A DNA stretch of 64,000 nucleotides from Chrysomallon squamiferum. Taxonomy: Eukaryota; Animalia; Mollusca. The notes beneath the pieces were generated by a model, which worked only from the letters and a program-made list of their open reading frames with translations, did not search any database and was not told the DNA's origin. Made by a program: the position numbers and the translations under genes. Positions 1-26,259 of this stretch are shown one piece after another (positions within the stretch are counted from its first letter, which is position 1; every line of letters starts with the position of its first letter). The DNA is taken from contig CM022667.1 in assembly GCA_012295275.1 (NCBI GenBank), positions 2,914,001 through 2,978,000 of the forward strand, given 5' to 3'.

Positions 1-300
1 TTCTAGAATTCATATTTACCTTTGAAGAACTAAGTCATTTTCTTAATTAAGTTTGTATTTGAGAATACTGATCATTCTAGAACTGATGTTTACCTCTGAG
101 GCTTAAAATATCCTAAAATAAATATTTGTTTTTCAGAATCTTCTACAGCTTAGGTTCACCTCTGAATCATTATAGACATCCTAAAATTAATGTTTATCAC
201 TGACACTTTCTGTACATCACATAATTGATGTTTACTTTTGACACTATCTTGACATTCTATAATTTATGTTTACCTTTGAGACTATCTAAACATTCTAGAA
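1..300. repeat. Degenerate ~38-bp tandem repeat (about 8 copies) overlapping the EXOC2 exon 6 donor
   Basis: Units of the form CATTCTAtAATTtATGTTTACCTTTGAgACTATCTAaA at 253-290, 215-252 and 177-214, with more decayed copies down to position 1. Confidence 0.75.
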
Positions 301-2160
301 TGGTGGTAAGATTTGATCTGATGATTGTTATGGGTTCTTCTGATCTCTGGCTTGCTTTACGCTGCATGTAGTTCAAACCTGCTTTCAAATCCTCAAAACT
401 AAGAAAAAATAATTAATAAAATAGTTTTACCAACAATATCTAATTAACAAACAATCATTTTTAAAATATACATATTTATAACTTCATTAGGTACATCCTC
501 AAAAGAGGTACTATTAAAAATGATTATGAAGATTATTAAATGTTAACAAATATACAAACTATAACAATTTCAATAAAGTGGTAATGTAATGTATAAAATG
601 AGTTAAAGTTTGGTTTAAAAACAAAATTAATCCTTTTAGAAAAATTATCACTTCAACAAACTGATCTAAATCAAATGCACTTGCTCTAATTTAACTTGCT
701 GGTTAATTTCATGAAGTTTTAAAAATGAAATAAACTCATACTTGGCACTTTGATGATTTTCCAGCAAATACCAAACAGGTGAAAAATTTGCCAGTGACAG
801 ATTCCCACAACCTGAAAAAGAATTAAAAGTGTTTTAGTTGTTATTATTATATATCCCAATAATAAATTTCAAAAATATTTTCATTGCAGATGTTCTTTTT
901 TATTCTTATTCTTCTTATACAAATTTTTTAAAAATTTGTTTAAATTTTAAAAAATTTAATTATTTAGCAACAATGCCTAGATCAACTTTCTTGACCACAT
1001 AAGTGATCAGATACCAGTTATGTTCTGAAAGTCACAACTCAGTGATGAATCATTAATTACCACTAACTGATCACTAATTACAACTAACTGATCACTAATT
1101 AACACTAGCTAATCACTAATTAACACAAGAGCTCAGGTTACTGACCTTCAGGAAACATTTCCAGCATTTCTTCTTCACTAATTTTTGGTCTGGAAAAATA
1201 AACTCACTGATTATTTTCATATCCCTGACAGAAAAATATTTCAACCAAAAGTATGGTATTTTTTTTTTTTTTTTATTTTTAGTTTATGGAATCCATCTTG
1301 TAATTATTATAATTTTCTACCTTTATTTTTGTCATTTATTATTACATAATCCCACATACACAGATTTTTAAATTTTATTTCCTTAATAATTTTAAGATAA
1401 ATAATAAGAATGTAATGTAAGGATGTCATTTTGTAAACCATTAATAATTAATAAACCAGTCTTTAAAATGATTTTGGTGGATATTTTATCTGCAATTAAG
1501 ATAACTGAGAATTATTAAAACAGTGAAAAATACGTACTTGTCACCTTCACTTGAAATTCCAAGTGGATCTTCATCTTCGCGGTCAGCCATAGTGGATGGA
1601 CCATGGCCATGTTCCAGTGACCGCACAGTCTGAGATTCATCAATCCAAACAGCAGATTCCTGCAGTGGACCTGACAAGAAAAATTCCAAAGTAGAAGATA
1701 TTTTTAATTTAAAAAGAAATCATTAACTTAGTTTTCTTCTCTGTTTTTTTTTTCTAATTCAGATAATTAATATCTAATTATTTACAGTATGAAAAAAAGT
1801 AGGTTTTTTTTCCTTTTTGTTTCTAATTATTGTGTTATTAAATATGTATCATAAAATAAAATAGCTGGATAGCCATTCTAAATCATTTGTTTATTCATTC
1901 AGAAAAACAATAGATCTGTGGGAGGGGTTTTATTTTAATTTTTAATTTTATGGCTGATTTACTTTTTCCTTTTTTCTTTTTTTTTTTTTGTCTAATATTT
2001 TTGTTGTTGTGCCTTTTGTTAAGTTTTTTTTTAATTATTATTATTATTATTATTATTATGGTATTCCTATTTTGACATTTTTTAAATATGTAATAAAATT
2101 TGTATGATTTACACATCAATGAAAAAAGATGGAAGGAGAAGAAATCATATAATCACATAT

Positions 2161-2194
<34 letters not shown>

Positions 2195-2681
2195 GACACA
2201 CAAAAAACACAGAATATGTTTGTGCTCACACATATACACAAAATCAAACACATAAACAAACTGAAATAGAAATGCATTCATGACATATCTTACCTTTCCA
2301 AGGAAAAGGCTTAACAGACATTTCCTTTCTGTTTAAATGGTTACTAAAGTTTCACTACCATATTTTATATAATAAATGTTATAGTAACAAACTGTGAGAA
2401 TATTTTCACACCATGTAGTGCGATATTCAGCATTTATTTAATAACTAATACATTAAATAATAACATTCTGTTGTTGGTGATTTGGGGGTTAGGGATTTTT
2501 TTTTTTTAGTAATGAGATGTCAAATATTTTTAGAAAATTTGATATAACATGAAAATTTATTAGAATTATTTATTATGTCAAAGATTAACTGGTCAAAAAA
2601 TAAATAAAAAATAAAAATAAAAATCAATTAATAATGACAAAAAGAAAAAGAAATAAATAAAATAAAATAATAATAATAAAA

Positions 2682-2731
<50 letters not shown>

Positions 2732-4261
2732 TACAACACGTTCTTATAAAAGAAAAAATACGGTAATTCTAACTCATTTTAAGATTACTGACTGGACTAT
2801 GAGTACAATTCCAAACAAACTGAAATTCAATACTTTCATTGTTCTAACTGCCCAGCATCATGTTACTCTCAAACATCTTACATTACAACCAAGTAAAACT
2901 CTGTCATATAAAATTGGTCACACAAATGTATATATACTCAGTTTTGAGTATATATGTCTGTGTAAAAGAGAGAGACAAGAGAAAGAAAGAAGAAAAGGAA
3001 GACAGAAAAGAGAAAATGCACATCAAAGAATATGTATACTTGACAGAGTAAGGAAGAGAAAGAAGTTGTGTAATAAAGATATATATAATGAAAAGGCAGA
3101 AATTCAAAAGATACATGTGGCTAACTGCTGTGTAAAATGTGACATGTTGCAACTTTATTTTTTCTTTAATCTGTTTTAAAACATTAACAAACAGAGCTGC
3201 ACAGTATTCAGATTTCACAGATACATTATTACATTTTTAGACATAAAAAATAATTTTCAGACACAAAAACACACAGAAATAAAATATACACACTCGTTAT
3301 ATTCACTGTTTTCAATATCTCTTAATAATCATTTGAACATAGATCTGAAATTATGTACAAAAAAAAAAGGCTTTATCCAGGGCCCACAAAAATACAGACA
3401 TCCTAGCTCAATCAAACAAAGCATACAGATTTGGTTTTAAACATGAACACATTCATTAAAAATAAGAAATATTTTAAAGGTGCATTTTTTTTAAAATCAC
3501 ACACCTGTTTGTAAAAAGTATCCTCTGAACCCCACTGTACAGCTCCCATTGCCTGCTGACTTTGTGATGACTATTATGTCTCCTTTTCCTTTACCAGGTC
3601 CTGTCCTGGCTATTATCTTACTTGGAGACTTCCATTCAGCAGAAAGTAAGCAGTCTACCCCACATATTTTTAATCCTGAAAATATTGTTTTTAAAATATA
3701 TTAAACAGAGTAAAAGCTGAAAGTTAAATTATTGTATAAATAATGTGATAAAGATTTATATATTAATTCTGTTGTAATGGAAAATCTTTATTTAGTAATG
3801 TAATAATTTTTTTGTTTTATAATTTTTCTTTCAATCACATGCCAAAAAAAATGTTTTAAAGAAATTTATTCTATTTCCTAAAGTATATAAATTTTAATAC
3901 ACAAACACACACACAAACAGAAATGCATAACAGTTGCAAAGGTCAAATTAATATGGATATGAAAAAGGAAATCTTCCTCAAATATCCAAAAGCATTAACA
4001 AATCATACAAATATTTTCACATTTCAACAAATGATAATAATTATTAAAATTAATGGATAAAATTGCAATATATAAAATAGTAATAATAATAAATGCATAT
4101 TTAAAAAGTACTAAATATTCAATATTTCAAGCATACAAAAAATACACACCTATCAAATCTCTTGGGTCATTACCCAAGTTTTCTCCTCTAATGGTGATTC
4201 TAGTTCCTGGAGGACCCTCTTTGGGACTAACCCCTGTCACCAGAGGAATCAAACGAGGCAT
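274..4261 (-). CDS. EXOC2: Exocyst complex component 2 (Sec5), 5' part only; the gene continues beyond the left edge of the window
   Basis: Six GT-AG bounded coding exons with consistent phases: 4261-4150, 3675-3505, 1670-1538, 1189-1146, 811-742, 398-274. Translation [87 protein letters not shown]...[10 protein letters not shown]...EDEDPLGI...[12 protein letters not shown]...FEDLKAGL matches the Ral-binding IPT/TIG N-terminal domain of Sec5/EXOC2. Confidence 0.95.
1053..1126. repeat. 21-bp minisatellite, about 3.5 copies
   Basis: Unit TAATTACCACTAACTGATCAC repeated with few substitutions in the EXOC2 intron. Confidence 0.8.
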
Positions 4262-4379
4262 GATTTTCTTTTATTAAAAGAACATTATTGTCATGCTGTA
4301 AAACAAAATGCACATGTAAACAGATATTTGAAAAACAATCACCTACAGATTTCCAAGTATCATTAGTTTTTGTTAAATT

Positions 4380-4580
4380 GTAGAAGTAGTAGTAACAGTG
4401 ATAGTAATTGTAATAGAAGCAGTAGTAGAAACAGTAGTGGTACAAGTAGCAGTACTAGTAGTTATAGTAGTAGTGGTAGCAATAATAGCAGTAGTATTTT
4501 TTATTATTATATTATTAGTAATAGTAGTAGTAGTAACAGTAGTAGTAGAAGTAGCAGTAGTAGTAGTAGTAACTAGTAAC
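4380..4580. repeat. Degenerate (AGT)n trinucleotide microsatellite
   Basis: AGT/AGC/AAT triplet run. It explains the Ser-, Thr- and Val-rich spurious ORFs at 4370-4586. Confidence 0.9.
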
Positions 4581-5089
4581 ATTTGAAATCGTTACGTTGT
4601 TGTTTAGAGCATGTTTGAGTTTAGTCACTGCGCAAAGGAGGCGTCTCAGAGGCGACATCCTTCGATAACGTAAAACTTCAATAGAAGTGTCATGAGTTAA
4701 TTATAATTTATCCAGTTATCTATATGTTCATCTAGCAGTACGATAAAGGTCAAAACTAACCAGAAAAAATGCTTTAATTACAGAAAATTGTCTTTGCTGC
4801 TTGCGGTCTATGGAATAGACTGATACAATTTGACAGAAGGAAGTTAAATCGGTCGATAACTAAAGAACGACAACCGTTTAGTGATCGTTTCGGCTGTAGT
4901 GAAACATAATTTCTTTAAATTAAAGCAAAGCAAAAAGTTATTATTACATTTTTGTAATTAGATGTATGCATGTTAAATGTATTAATTTTGTTTCTTGTGT
5001 TGTTGTTTTATTCTGTTTGGTGTGGGGGTTTTGGGGGGTTGTGTTTTGTTTTTAATAGTTTGCCTGGGTTTTGTTTTGTTGCTATTTGT

Positions 5090-5213
5090 ATTTTACTTTA
5101 TTTTATTATTGTTTTTTTTTTTTTTTTTATTTTTTTTTATTTTATTATATTTTATTTTTTATTTTATCATTTTATTTTTTTTTTTTTGTGTGTACTGCTG
5201 TTGGTTTTGTTTT

Positions 5214-5283
<70 letters not shown>

Positions 5284-5356
5284 GCTTGTTTTATTCTATT
5301 TTATTTATTTTTATTATTATTTATTTTATTTTATTTTATTTTATTTTATTTTTTTA
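5090..5356. repeat. Poly(T) / (TTTTA)n low-complexity tract
   Basis: Near-pure T run at about 5213-5282 flanked by TTTTA units. It explains the Phe-rich ORFs at 4970-5439. Confidence 0.9.
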
Positions 5357-5977
5357 ACTATTTCGAACAGAGACTCTCCAACAGTGCTTCTCAAAAAAGC
5401 CCAAAGATCAGAAAAAAGAAAATATTAACAGGAGGATAATCATCCACCGAATTATCTGGCCCACATCCCCCAAATTCTATCTATTCGACACCAGGCGACT
5501 AAGTTGGAAAATGTGCTAACTAGTAACTGCAATAATTAAAACATTACATTATAACCTAAATACCCTTGCTATAGCAATTACTATTTTCCGTACACGTTAC
5601 TCACTGATGTCGTTCGCCTGTCACATTATGTTGAAAACGTTCAAATACGACACTAATTATCTGTTATTTACGACATAAATGTCAACTTAAATAATACGAA
5701 CGTAATCCATACTTCCTGTTTTATTATTATTACCTTCATTTATTAGTTATATATAATTTTATAGCTGAATAGATTAATATGACCCGCTATGATTTCATAC
5801 GCTTTGCTTCTGGCCTGTAAGCAATAAGAAGTTGCCGAACTATTTATTTAGCAACCAATGAGTATGATGGGTTAATACTTTGTATTTTTAATTATAAATC
5901 GGCAGACGGGAAGCATAAAACTCCCGCCCACCGCGAAGTATTCTCTTTATATCTTTATATTTTTAATATTTCGTTGT

Positions 5978-6016
<39 letters not shown>

Positions 6017-6679
6017 GTAAATTACTTTAACAAAACAACAACAGTAACAATAACTACAGCAACAACAATAATAAATAAATAAAAACTGTTTAACCTACGA
6101 TTCGTTTGTGCTCTGAGCTATATTGGTTTTATTGGTATATGAAAATGTGAAAATCTGCTAACATGCTGTGTCACAAATAGCCTACTGTCATTATTAAATA
6201 TAAGATAGTTGATTCTAAAAGCTGTTAAAACGCACTGGTCATTTAAATTTTTATATATATATACTGTATATTACTATAGATTTCAACACTAATGTTATAA
6301 CTCGTTTTTATTTATTTATTTTTTATTTTTTACTTAAATTCAAAATTAAATCCATCAACATATTTTAGAAAGGGAGCACTGCGGAACATTATTTGAAAAG
6401 ATATATTTTACAAAATGGATCCAGTTAGATACATTATTTTATTTCAAATTTATTATTGATATGTAATAAATAATGTTGCTTTAATTAGATAGTTTGTTTA
6501 TTAATGTCATCGTTACAGATTATATTCTAAATCATTAAAAACTTTTTTTATAATTTATTATTATTATTATCATTTAATTAAATAAAGTAATCAATCATGA
6601 AACTCAGACATTAACCACGTAATAGCCAACGCGTCCAAACTTAAGCTCAGTTTATTTGGAAAGCACCTGTTAAATATTG

Positions 6680-6730
6680 TCATCACGTGGTTCCAATATT
6701 ATTTCCGGTTCAGTGTGACGTCACGTGTCT
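6680..6730 (+). promoter_or_regulatory. Rab2 proximal promoter motif cluster (E-box, CCAAT, ETS, CRE overlapping a CLEAR-like E-box)
   Basis: CACGTG 6684-6689, CCAAT 6693-6697, TTTCCGG 6702-6708, TGACGTCA 6716-6723 overlapping GTCACGTG 6720-6727, all 45-90 nt upstream of the ATG in a locally CpG-retaining region. A YY1-like AAAATGGCG lies just inside intron 1 at about 6934. Confidence 0.65.
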
Positions 6731-6772
6731 TCGCCGTCATAAATAGTCTCTGTGGTTTAGTGTTTTTGCAAG

Positions 6773-18339
<11,567 letters not shown>

Positions 18340-21300
18340 AAATATTTGGCATATAAAAACGAACCGAAACTGTTCCCAAAAAAAAACAAGGGAAGCAACT
18401 CTTATTAAGTTGGAACATGAACACTGGTGGAATGTACTAAATTATAAAATTTAAAAATTTGAAAAAAAAAAAAAATATACTAAAAATTGAAAAGTGGTTG
18501 TAGTGATTCGAGTAAATGTTTTGGCTGGTTGTAAAGCTGATATAAATTATATATCTTGTATGTTTACAGATGTATATTATTACTTAGTTGTCTTAGATCT
18601 TTCCAAAAACACCTCTTTTTTTTCTCTCGTCTACATCTCATTGTCATAATTACTTAAATGTACAGCTCAGCTGTTGTCATTTCTCGTAACATTTTGTTTG
18701 TGTTTCAGTTTTTTGGTTTTTATGTTTCACGTTTTATTTATTTATGTTTTTTATGTGATCCCAGTTTCAGAAACTAATGTTTTAAAATATAAACTGGGTC
18801 GTTTCTCAAAACAATTTATTCACAGTTAGTTACATAAATAAAATAGATTTCAAGTTTTAATGAACTACTGGATTAATGCTTTAAACAGAGGATTGTTTTT
18901 CACAGTAATATTTATTTTTAAAAGAAACTGAAGCCAAAAATTTAATAAGTCAGTTTTTAAGAAGGGTATTCTTTTTCACAAATAATATTTATTTTTAATA
19001 ATAATATATTTCAATTCTAAAAAAAAAAAAAAAAAAAAAAGAAAAATAAAATGAAAAAAAAGCAGTTTTCATTATTTCATAATTAAATTCTAAAAATTAT
19101 TATAGATGAAAGATTTTTGGTTGTTTCTTTGAAAGGGCTTTTAGCCATGCTGTATGATATTCCAAAACTTCTAAAATGACAGAACTAAAAACTTGATTAT
19201 TGCTATAAAAACAGTTGTCTTTCACAAAGTCTTGAATTTTAAAAGAAATCTGAGTAAACATTTTGCTGTACAGAATTCATGGCAGGTTATAGTAAATGTG
19301 GTGACAGCTGTAAACGGACAAAACAGTTGAAGTGCAATTTTAAACTTTTATCAGTGCTGTATTCCATATTGTTTGCTTCATACATAGTTTCAGCAACGAA
19401 AATCATGAGTGGATAATAAGACTGCTAATCCCATGGCCTGACAGTACTTGGCCATTTACGATTTGAATATTTTAGTAACATGGCAGTATAACAATAAAAA
19501 AAATAATATATATATATATATATATATTAAAAAATTTAGAAATACTGATAAACTGACATTGGCTCTAAATGTTTTATTAAAAAGCATAATAAAATTATGA
19601 TTTGGATTGTTAACATTAAGCTATTGTAGTGTTTGATATTTGCCATTTAAATTAATTTTTATTTTGCCCTTAATGGACATAAGCTTTGACAGAATGTTAA
19701 TATTAACGTGTTATAGTCTTTGACATTGGCTTAAACTGTTTTAATATTAAGATTACAGTCTTCAACAATATGTTGTTAATAACATTTATAAACTGATTAA
19801 ACAGAAAAGAAAATTGTGAAAATAACTATGAAGTCATTTGGCAGTATTTTTCTGTAGATCTTTTCGGTTTTTTTTTTTTTAATCAGATCATAATATATAT
19901 ATTTTTTTTTTTTTTTTTTTTGTATTTTTTTTTTTTGTTCAGCTGCTTCAAGATGAAACTCAGAAAAATAAAATACTGATAGTTTGGATCTGATGTTAAC
20001 ATTTTAATAAAACTAAGACACTGCAGAGAAAAGATTTTTTTTTTTTTTTTTTAAATTGTTATAAAATAAAAAGTAACAAAAATTCACATTGATGCATTAT
20101 TAAACTAATTGATAATTACACATAGATTATAAATTTCACTATCTTTATAAATTATAAATGTTTCAATTATTTTTGTTAAAGAAAGTTTACAATTTATGTA
20201 TTTGATGTCTTGAAAGCTACATGTTTATGATATTAATTACAAAATATTGATGTTAATAGTATTTTCGTTTTAGAAATCAAAAAATATCTGATCACATGAC
20301 AGGAAAGTTTATTAAAATTATCAGTCCAGTACAGATTTAGAACCAACATACATTTGAAATGATATACTAGTACTAGAATATTTTAATTTTAGTTATTACC
20401 ACCTCATAAATTTTGTTGTTACTGTCAGTGTTTCTTTTTTGTTTTAAACAAATACAGTTCAAAAATATTCTTAATTCAAAAAACAGTGTACTGAATTTTT
20501 TGAATTTTTTTTTATGTTGACCATAAGTTATTTAACACTTATTTATTCTGATTATATGTCTGTTACTAGAATATTGAAATGTTTTGTCAAATAAATATTA
20601 AATAAGGTCCAGATATCTTGTTTTGTCTGTTTGTCTTTCTGTAATTTAGTTCTTGCTATTCTTGTCTGTTATATGCTTTTAGGTAGAGAAGACTGAAAGG
20701 TTTCTACCCTATAACTGCAGATTTGGTTGTTGTTTTATTACTTTATTCTTATATGGATAAAACTAGACATTTATTTATTTGTTCCAAAATATTCTGTAGA
20801 ATTTTAAGTACATCTTTTCTGGTATTGTCACTGATTGAATGTTACATATATGTCACAAAATCATTCTCTTGTGCTGTTTAAATCAAGTCATGCTACTCAT
20901 TTTTAGAACAAATTTTCTATGATTCTTGCCAAAAATAAATAAATGTCCCATCCTTAAATAACTCACCAGTGTTCTTTTGTTCTGTTTTCAATTAAACAAT
21001 TATATACAAAAATGTACAATCATTTTTTTTTTTTTAATTTCTTTATTAAACTGCATTTCCCAAAAATATTTTTTTTTTTTGTTCAAAGGTCTCATTAACA
21101 TCTTTTTTTCATTTGTAATATTTTAAACTGCAATTTTTATAAAATTCATACTTTCACAAAGGTGTGAAATAAATAAATAAATTGTAATTCATTTAAGTAT
21201 TTTCTGAATATCAGTTGATAACATCTTTTATAGTATAATTGCTTACAGTAGTTGCTAAATAAATAATTATATATATATATATATATATATATTCAACTTC

Positions 21301-23058
21301 ATATAGCTAAAGTAAAATGAATCATTAGATACAGGTTTGTATTACTTAGAAAATATTAAATATGAATTAGCAATATTTTGTGTACAGTTAAATACCTATA
21401 TATATTTTACTTAACAAAATTGCAAACTAGAAAAATGACAGAAAAATTTGCATTTCACTGAGAAATTAGTGGATATATAAATTTTAAAACACAAAGAAAA
21501 AAATGAACAGTTAATATAAAGAAATGTGAAAAAAGAGGATCATGAACAGATCTAATGTAAATAAATTTAAAAAAAAAAGTTATAAAATTTTTTTAAAATT
21601 CATTTATAATATCTGAAACCAGGAAGTGTATTAATGCATAACTGAATATATAAATTTGAAAATTAAAAGAAAAAAAAAAAAAAAAAATTGAATGATAATG
21701 AATAAAACAAAAATACCTTTATTTATTATTTCTTGCCATTTATATAACTAAAATATGAATATTTGTAACACATACAAGACTAACAGGAAGACTATTCTCA
21801 AATGTCACTTAATTTTTAACATAGCAACAACATTTATGTTAGCAATGTTTAATACTTTCATGTTACAATAATAAAAATGGTTCAAACCATTTTTCTTTTA
21901 AACATTTGTGACTTTGTATATTTATGTTTTGAGACTTGATAAGCATAATGCAGATTTATCATGAAATACAATAACATTTCCAAAATACATTTTCATCTCT
22001 GGTCTTGCTACCATATATAATGAATATATTTTCATTCAGCTTTCATACAAAAACCTTAATTGTTTTTAAAAACTGGTTCATTTATGAGGCTTATGTTCTT
22101 TGTTTTGGAGGGTTTTATTTATTTATTCATTTTTTTCCACAAAATGATTTTTCAGTTATTGTGCATTGCCTTGTATTTTAATTTGCTTATGTTAGGTTTG
22201 CTTAGTAAAAAAAAAAAAAAAAATTAAATTTGTCACATTTAACACATAATAGATAGTCTAATTCACTGAACAAAATATCAATATTAAATTTATTGTTCTA
22301 ATTTTTTTTTTCATCAACCACTTATTGCTTGAAAATTTGACTTAATTAGTTCATTATTATTATTATTATTATTATTGTCAGAAGATTTTTATTTTGTCTT
22401 TTGACCTTTTCATTACTCATTTATTTTGTCATTAACTGGGGTTCTTGTCATTTGTTTTAATTTTTTTTAAATAGTTTTTGAAATTGTATCAATTTTTAAT
22501 CTGGAATTTTCAAAAAAATAATTTTAAACAAAATATTTGGTTGTATTTTTCACAATTGTTTTTATGAATATATACTGGATGTTCAAAACTTCACTTATGA
22601 TTTTTCATATTACAGATTTTTTCGTTAAAGAAGAATTGTTAATAAAGGTTTTAAACCACATATTCTTAAATACAGTTTAATTTATTTTAATTTTATATCA
22701 TAAAAGTTAGATGTGATGTTATTTATTTTGATAGAAGGTTATGCAAAATACACACAATGGGCATTCCATATTCTCATTAACTTTCTTTTTGTAATCTGTT
22801 TTAAAACCACATTTTTCTTTGAACTTTAGTTCTTTTTACAAAAATATAAATAAAAATCCTCCCCAAAAAAACATTTACACACACACACACACACATATTA
22901 ATTTAAAATATTTTTCTTACATGTCAGAAAGTTGTAATGATTTTATTTTGGGCTTTGAATATAAATATCCTAAACTGTCACCTTCTGAATATCTTAGATA
23001 TGTGAATGTCAGATATTATTATTAGTAGTAGCAGTAGTGGTAATAGTAGTTGTAGTAC

Positions 23059-23093
<35 letters not shown>

Positions 23094-23126
23094 AATTACT
23101 GAAACTAAATTAGTCATAAATTTCTT

Positions 23127-23174
<48 letters not shown>

Positions 23175-23999
23175 CATTTTATGATTTTCTTTTACTGTTT
23201 TGTTTTATTAACTTTTTCTCAGGTTCTAATTTCTTTTCACAGATTTTTAGATATCAGATAATACATATATATTCTTACATTACCCTAACTGTTGTAAATT
23301 GTCTTGTATCAATTTAGTTTAGCAGTTTTGTTGTACATGTGAGATTCCTTGTGATTCTGAAATAAAAACAATAGTAAAAAAACGTCAGACAAACTTTAAG
23401 AATATTTTATGTGGATATGTTGTTCGGCAATAAAGGGTCTTCATAATGAAACATTTGTGTTTTCGTTTATTTATTTGTTTATATTAATGTATGTAGTGAC
23501 CATCAGGGAACCATGGCAATAGACTGGACTAAACAAAACCATGGGTGATGGCAAAGTAAGAAGACATATTTTTTTTTTTTTTTTTTTTTATCTCTGTACA
23601 TTTTCTGCCGAATCAATTTCCTTGCAGTTATCCAAAGAACCCCTATGCATATGTGCATAGTTTTTTTTTTTTAACAGTGATATTGTACAAGTATAAATCC
23701 ACAGATGCCTTTCAGAAGGATAAGAATAATGATATTTTATATATGCATCAAGCCATTCATAAAAAAAAAACCTGAACCATGACTTTTAATAAATAAATAC
23801 AATACAGGATCAAATGGGAAACAGTCAATGGCAGCATACATAACTTGAGTCACATTGTTTCTCTAGCCACTGAGTTGCGTATATCCTTGTTAATAATACT
23901 GATTTATTGATTAGTGGTAGAATAAATGGGCTAATTTTTTTTATTTTTTTTTTCTGATTTATTTTATTTTATTATTTATAATTTTTAAAAATTTCTCCA

Positions 24000-24050
<51 letters not shown>

Positions 24051-24875
24051 TAAAATTATTATAATTTTGTTTAACCTTTTCGATAATAAACATTGTGATC
24101 CTATCCCGGGTACGTTTTAAGAATTTTAAAACATACTCTAACATTATAAACCTATTCCGACTTACAGAAATGTCGTATCGTTGTTCACTTTACTGCTCAG
24201 AATCGCGATGCTTATTTATTAACAAACAGAGAACGATTATCAAACATTTTTAGTGTTAATCTAAAAATTATAATCATAAATGGATCTATGATGTTGCAAT
24301 AAATTTATTTCCTCTTTCTTTTGTGGGGGTCGGGACATCGTGAATAGAAAAAAACGAAAACAAAACTTCTTTAATATTCTTTGGCTCGTCTTTTATTTAG
24401 GAGGATTACAATAATTAATACGTTATACAGGAGAGAGAGAGAGAGCGAGAGAGCGAGAGTGATGTAAATAACTGAAAGAAAAAATTCACCGCAACACTTC
24501 ATACGTTGTCTGATCGCCAGTAATTTAATTAGTAATCACTCTGTTCTATATTACAAGCTAAAAATTGTTGTCAAAGTAATTCTTAGAGTCAATAAAACTG
24601 AGAAAAAAAAAAAAGAAGAAATCAGTCGGAACTTACATTATATTGTTTACGAAGATATACGGTTTAGTTCTTCTTCTTCTTTTTTTTTTTTAAAAATTAT
24701 TATTTCACATGTAATTTAGCTGAACCTGAATTAACTCCGTCCGCCTGCCCTCCAAGATTTAAATCGATTCTGAATACATGCACATAATATTAAAACGAAA
24801 AAAAATTAAAAAAAAAATTAAAAAAGATTATATTAACATATGATACAGCAACATCAGTAATAATATAAGCAACTA

Positions 24876-24906
<31 letters not shown>

Positions 24907-25368
24907 AAATAAAGTGGAAAAACAAAAACAATTTGTTTTCTCACTTATAAAGATTGCAAAAATATTACGTTGCGTGGTATCCTTGAAACTAAATTTACTA
25001 ATGCTAATCCTTATATAATTCTTATATTTTGATTATCATTATTAAGTGTTTAAATTGTTTTCTTCTTTTACAATGTATTTCACTATATATATATATTTGT
25101 CGTGAAGTTGGATTCTTAAACATGGATATTTATTGCCTGAACGAATGGACTAATCATTGATATACATCGTATATACACAAGAGCCTGTTCCACACTATTC
25201 AGTAAACTACTTAGGGGAATTTTAGGTGCGAATGTGAAATTTATTAATGACATGTAATCTACCAATCATTTAGTTAAAGTTAGATGTATCTTATATGTTT
25301 TAACGTTTCTGTCCACAAATAAAATAACCACATGTTTTATCATTTTTGTCTTCGCTTGTTTTCACATG

Positions 25369-25445
<77 letters not shown>
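25369..25445. repeat. (CA)n(GA)n compound microsatellite upstream of the CHD promoter
   Basis: Directly visible. Confidence 0.92.
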
Positions 25446-25450
<5 letters not shown>

Positions 25451-25799
25451 ATGCTGTTGTTAATGAACATACTATTAAACATTACAATTCATACATTTTA
25501 TTCGATTTAAATAAGTTTTGCTTTATTTATTTATTTATACATTTTATATTTTGTGCGTATGCATATACGTATATATTTTAGAAGAAAAAACATGGTATAT
25601 TAAGATAAAATTATTTTTTTAATAATTATTTATTTTCTTCGCTAACATTTTGTATAAAATCCAGGGTGGAGAATTAAATGTGGAACATTTACAAAAATCA
25701 AAAACAATCAGAAAACGATGGCAAGGATGAAAACAAAAAGTGATATATAAAAAAATAAAAAATAAAAAATAAACAAACAACAAAGGCTTGGCTATTATT

Positions 25800-26259
25800 G
25801 TTTTACGAGATGACGCCTGTTAAAACAAATTTAGAACGTCATCCGGGCACCTGTCAAAATACGCTCTACTGATTGGTGCATTCTCCCAAAGGACTAATAT
25901 TTAGAACCTACCATTAGATTCTATAAGAGAGTTTCTCATTGGGTAAGCTTGAGTAGACAAAGTCGAGTTTAAAGATAAAATTCACATTAAATTAAGTAAA
26001 TTATATGAACATAAAAAATAGGATATCATTTTAGACAAAATTCCTTTGTTTTCTATATCAAAAGTATAAATTATTTAATAATATCCAGTTTATATTTGTG
26101 AAAAAGGTATTTGAAGCTTCGGCTATTTCAGCCAATGATAGGCTTCGTTATGAAAGGGTCTTTGGTTTACACACCATGCAAGATGTTGAGGCTTTAGCGG
26201 CCTAAAGTGCACAAAATCAAGTACTGTCTATGAGTGATTTTTTTTTGGCCAAAGACCAG
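25800..26259 (+). promoter_or_regulatory. Putative promoter and non-coding first exon of the CHD gene
   Basis: CpG-retaining region with three CCAAT boxes (ATTGG at ~25872 and ~25938, CCAAT at ~26132). Strong donor CAG|GTAAGA at 26259/26260, YY1-like AAATGGCG just downstream (~26412), and a matching strong acceptor TTTTTTCAG| at 29260/29261 ahead of the ATG at 29389. The TSS cannot be determined. Confidence 0.6.

Noticed and set aside
4970-5439. Three long Phe/Leu-rich ORFs that look like membrane proteins
   Set aside because: They are translations of poly(T)/TTTTA tracts that are open in all three frames, with no coding signal.
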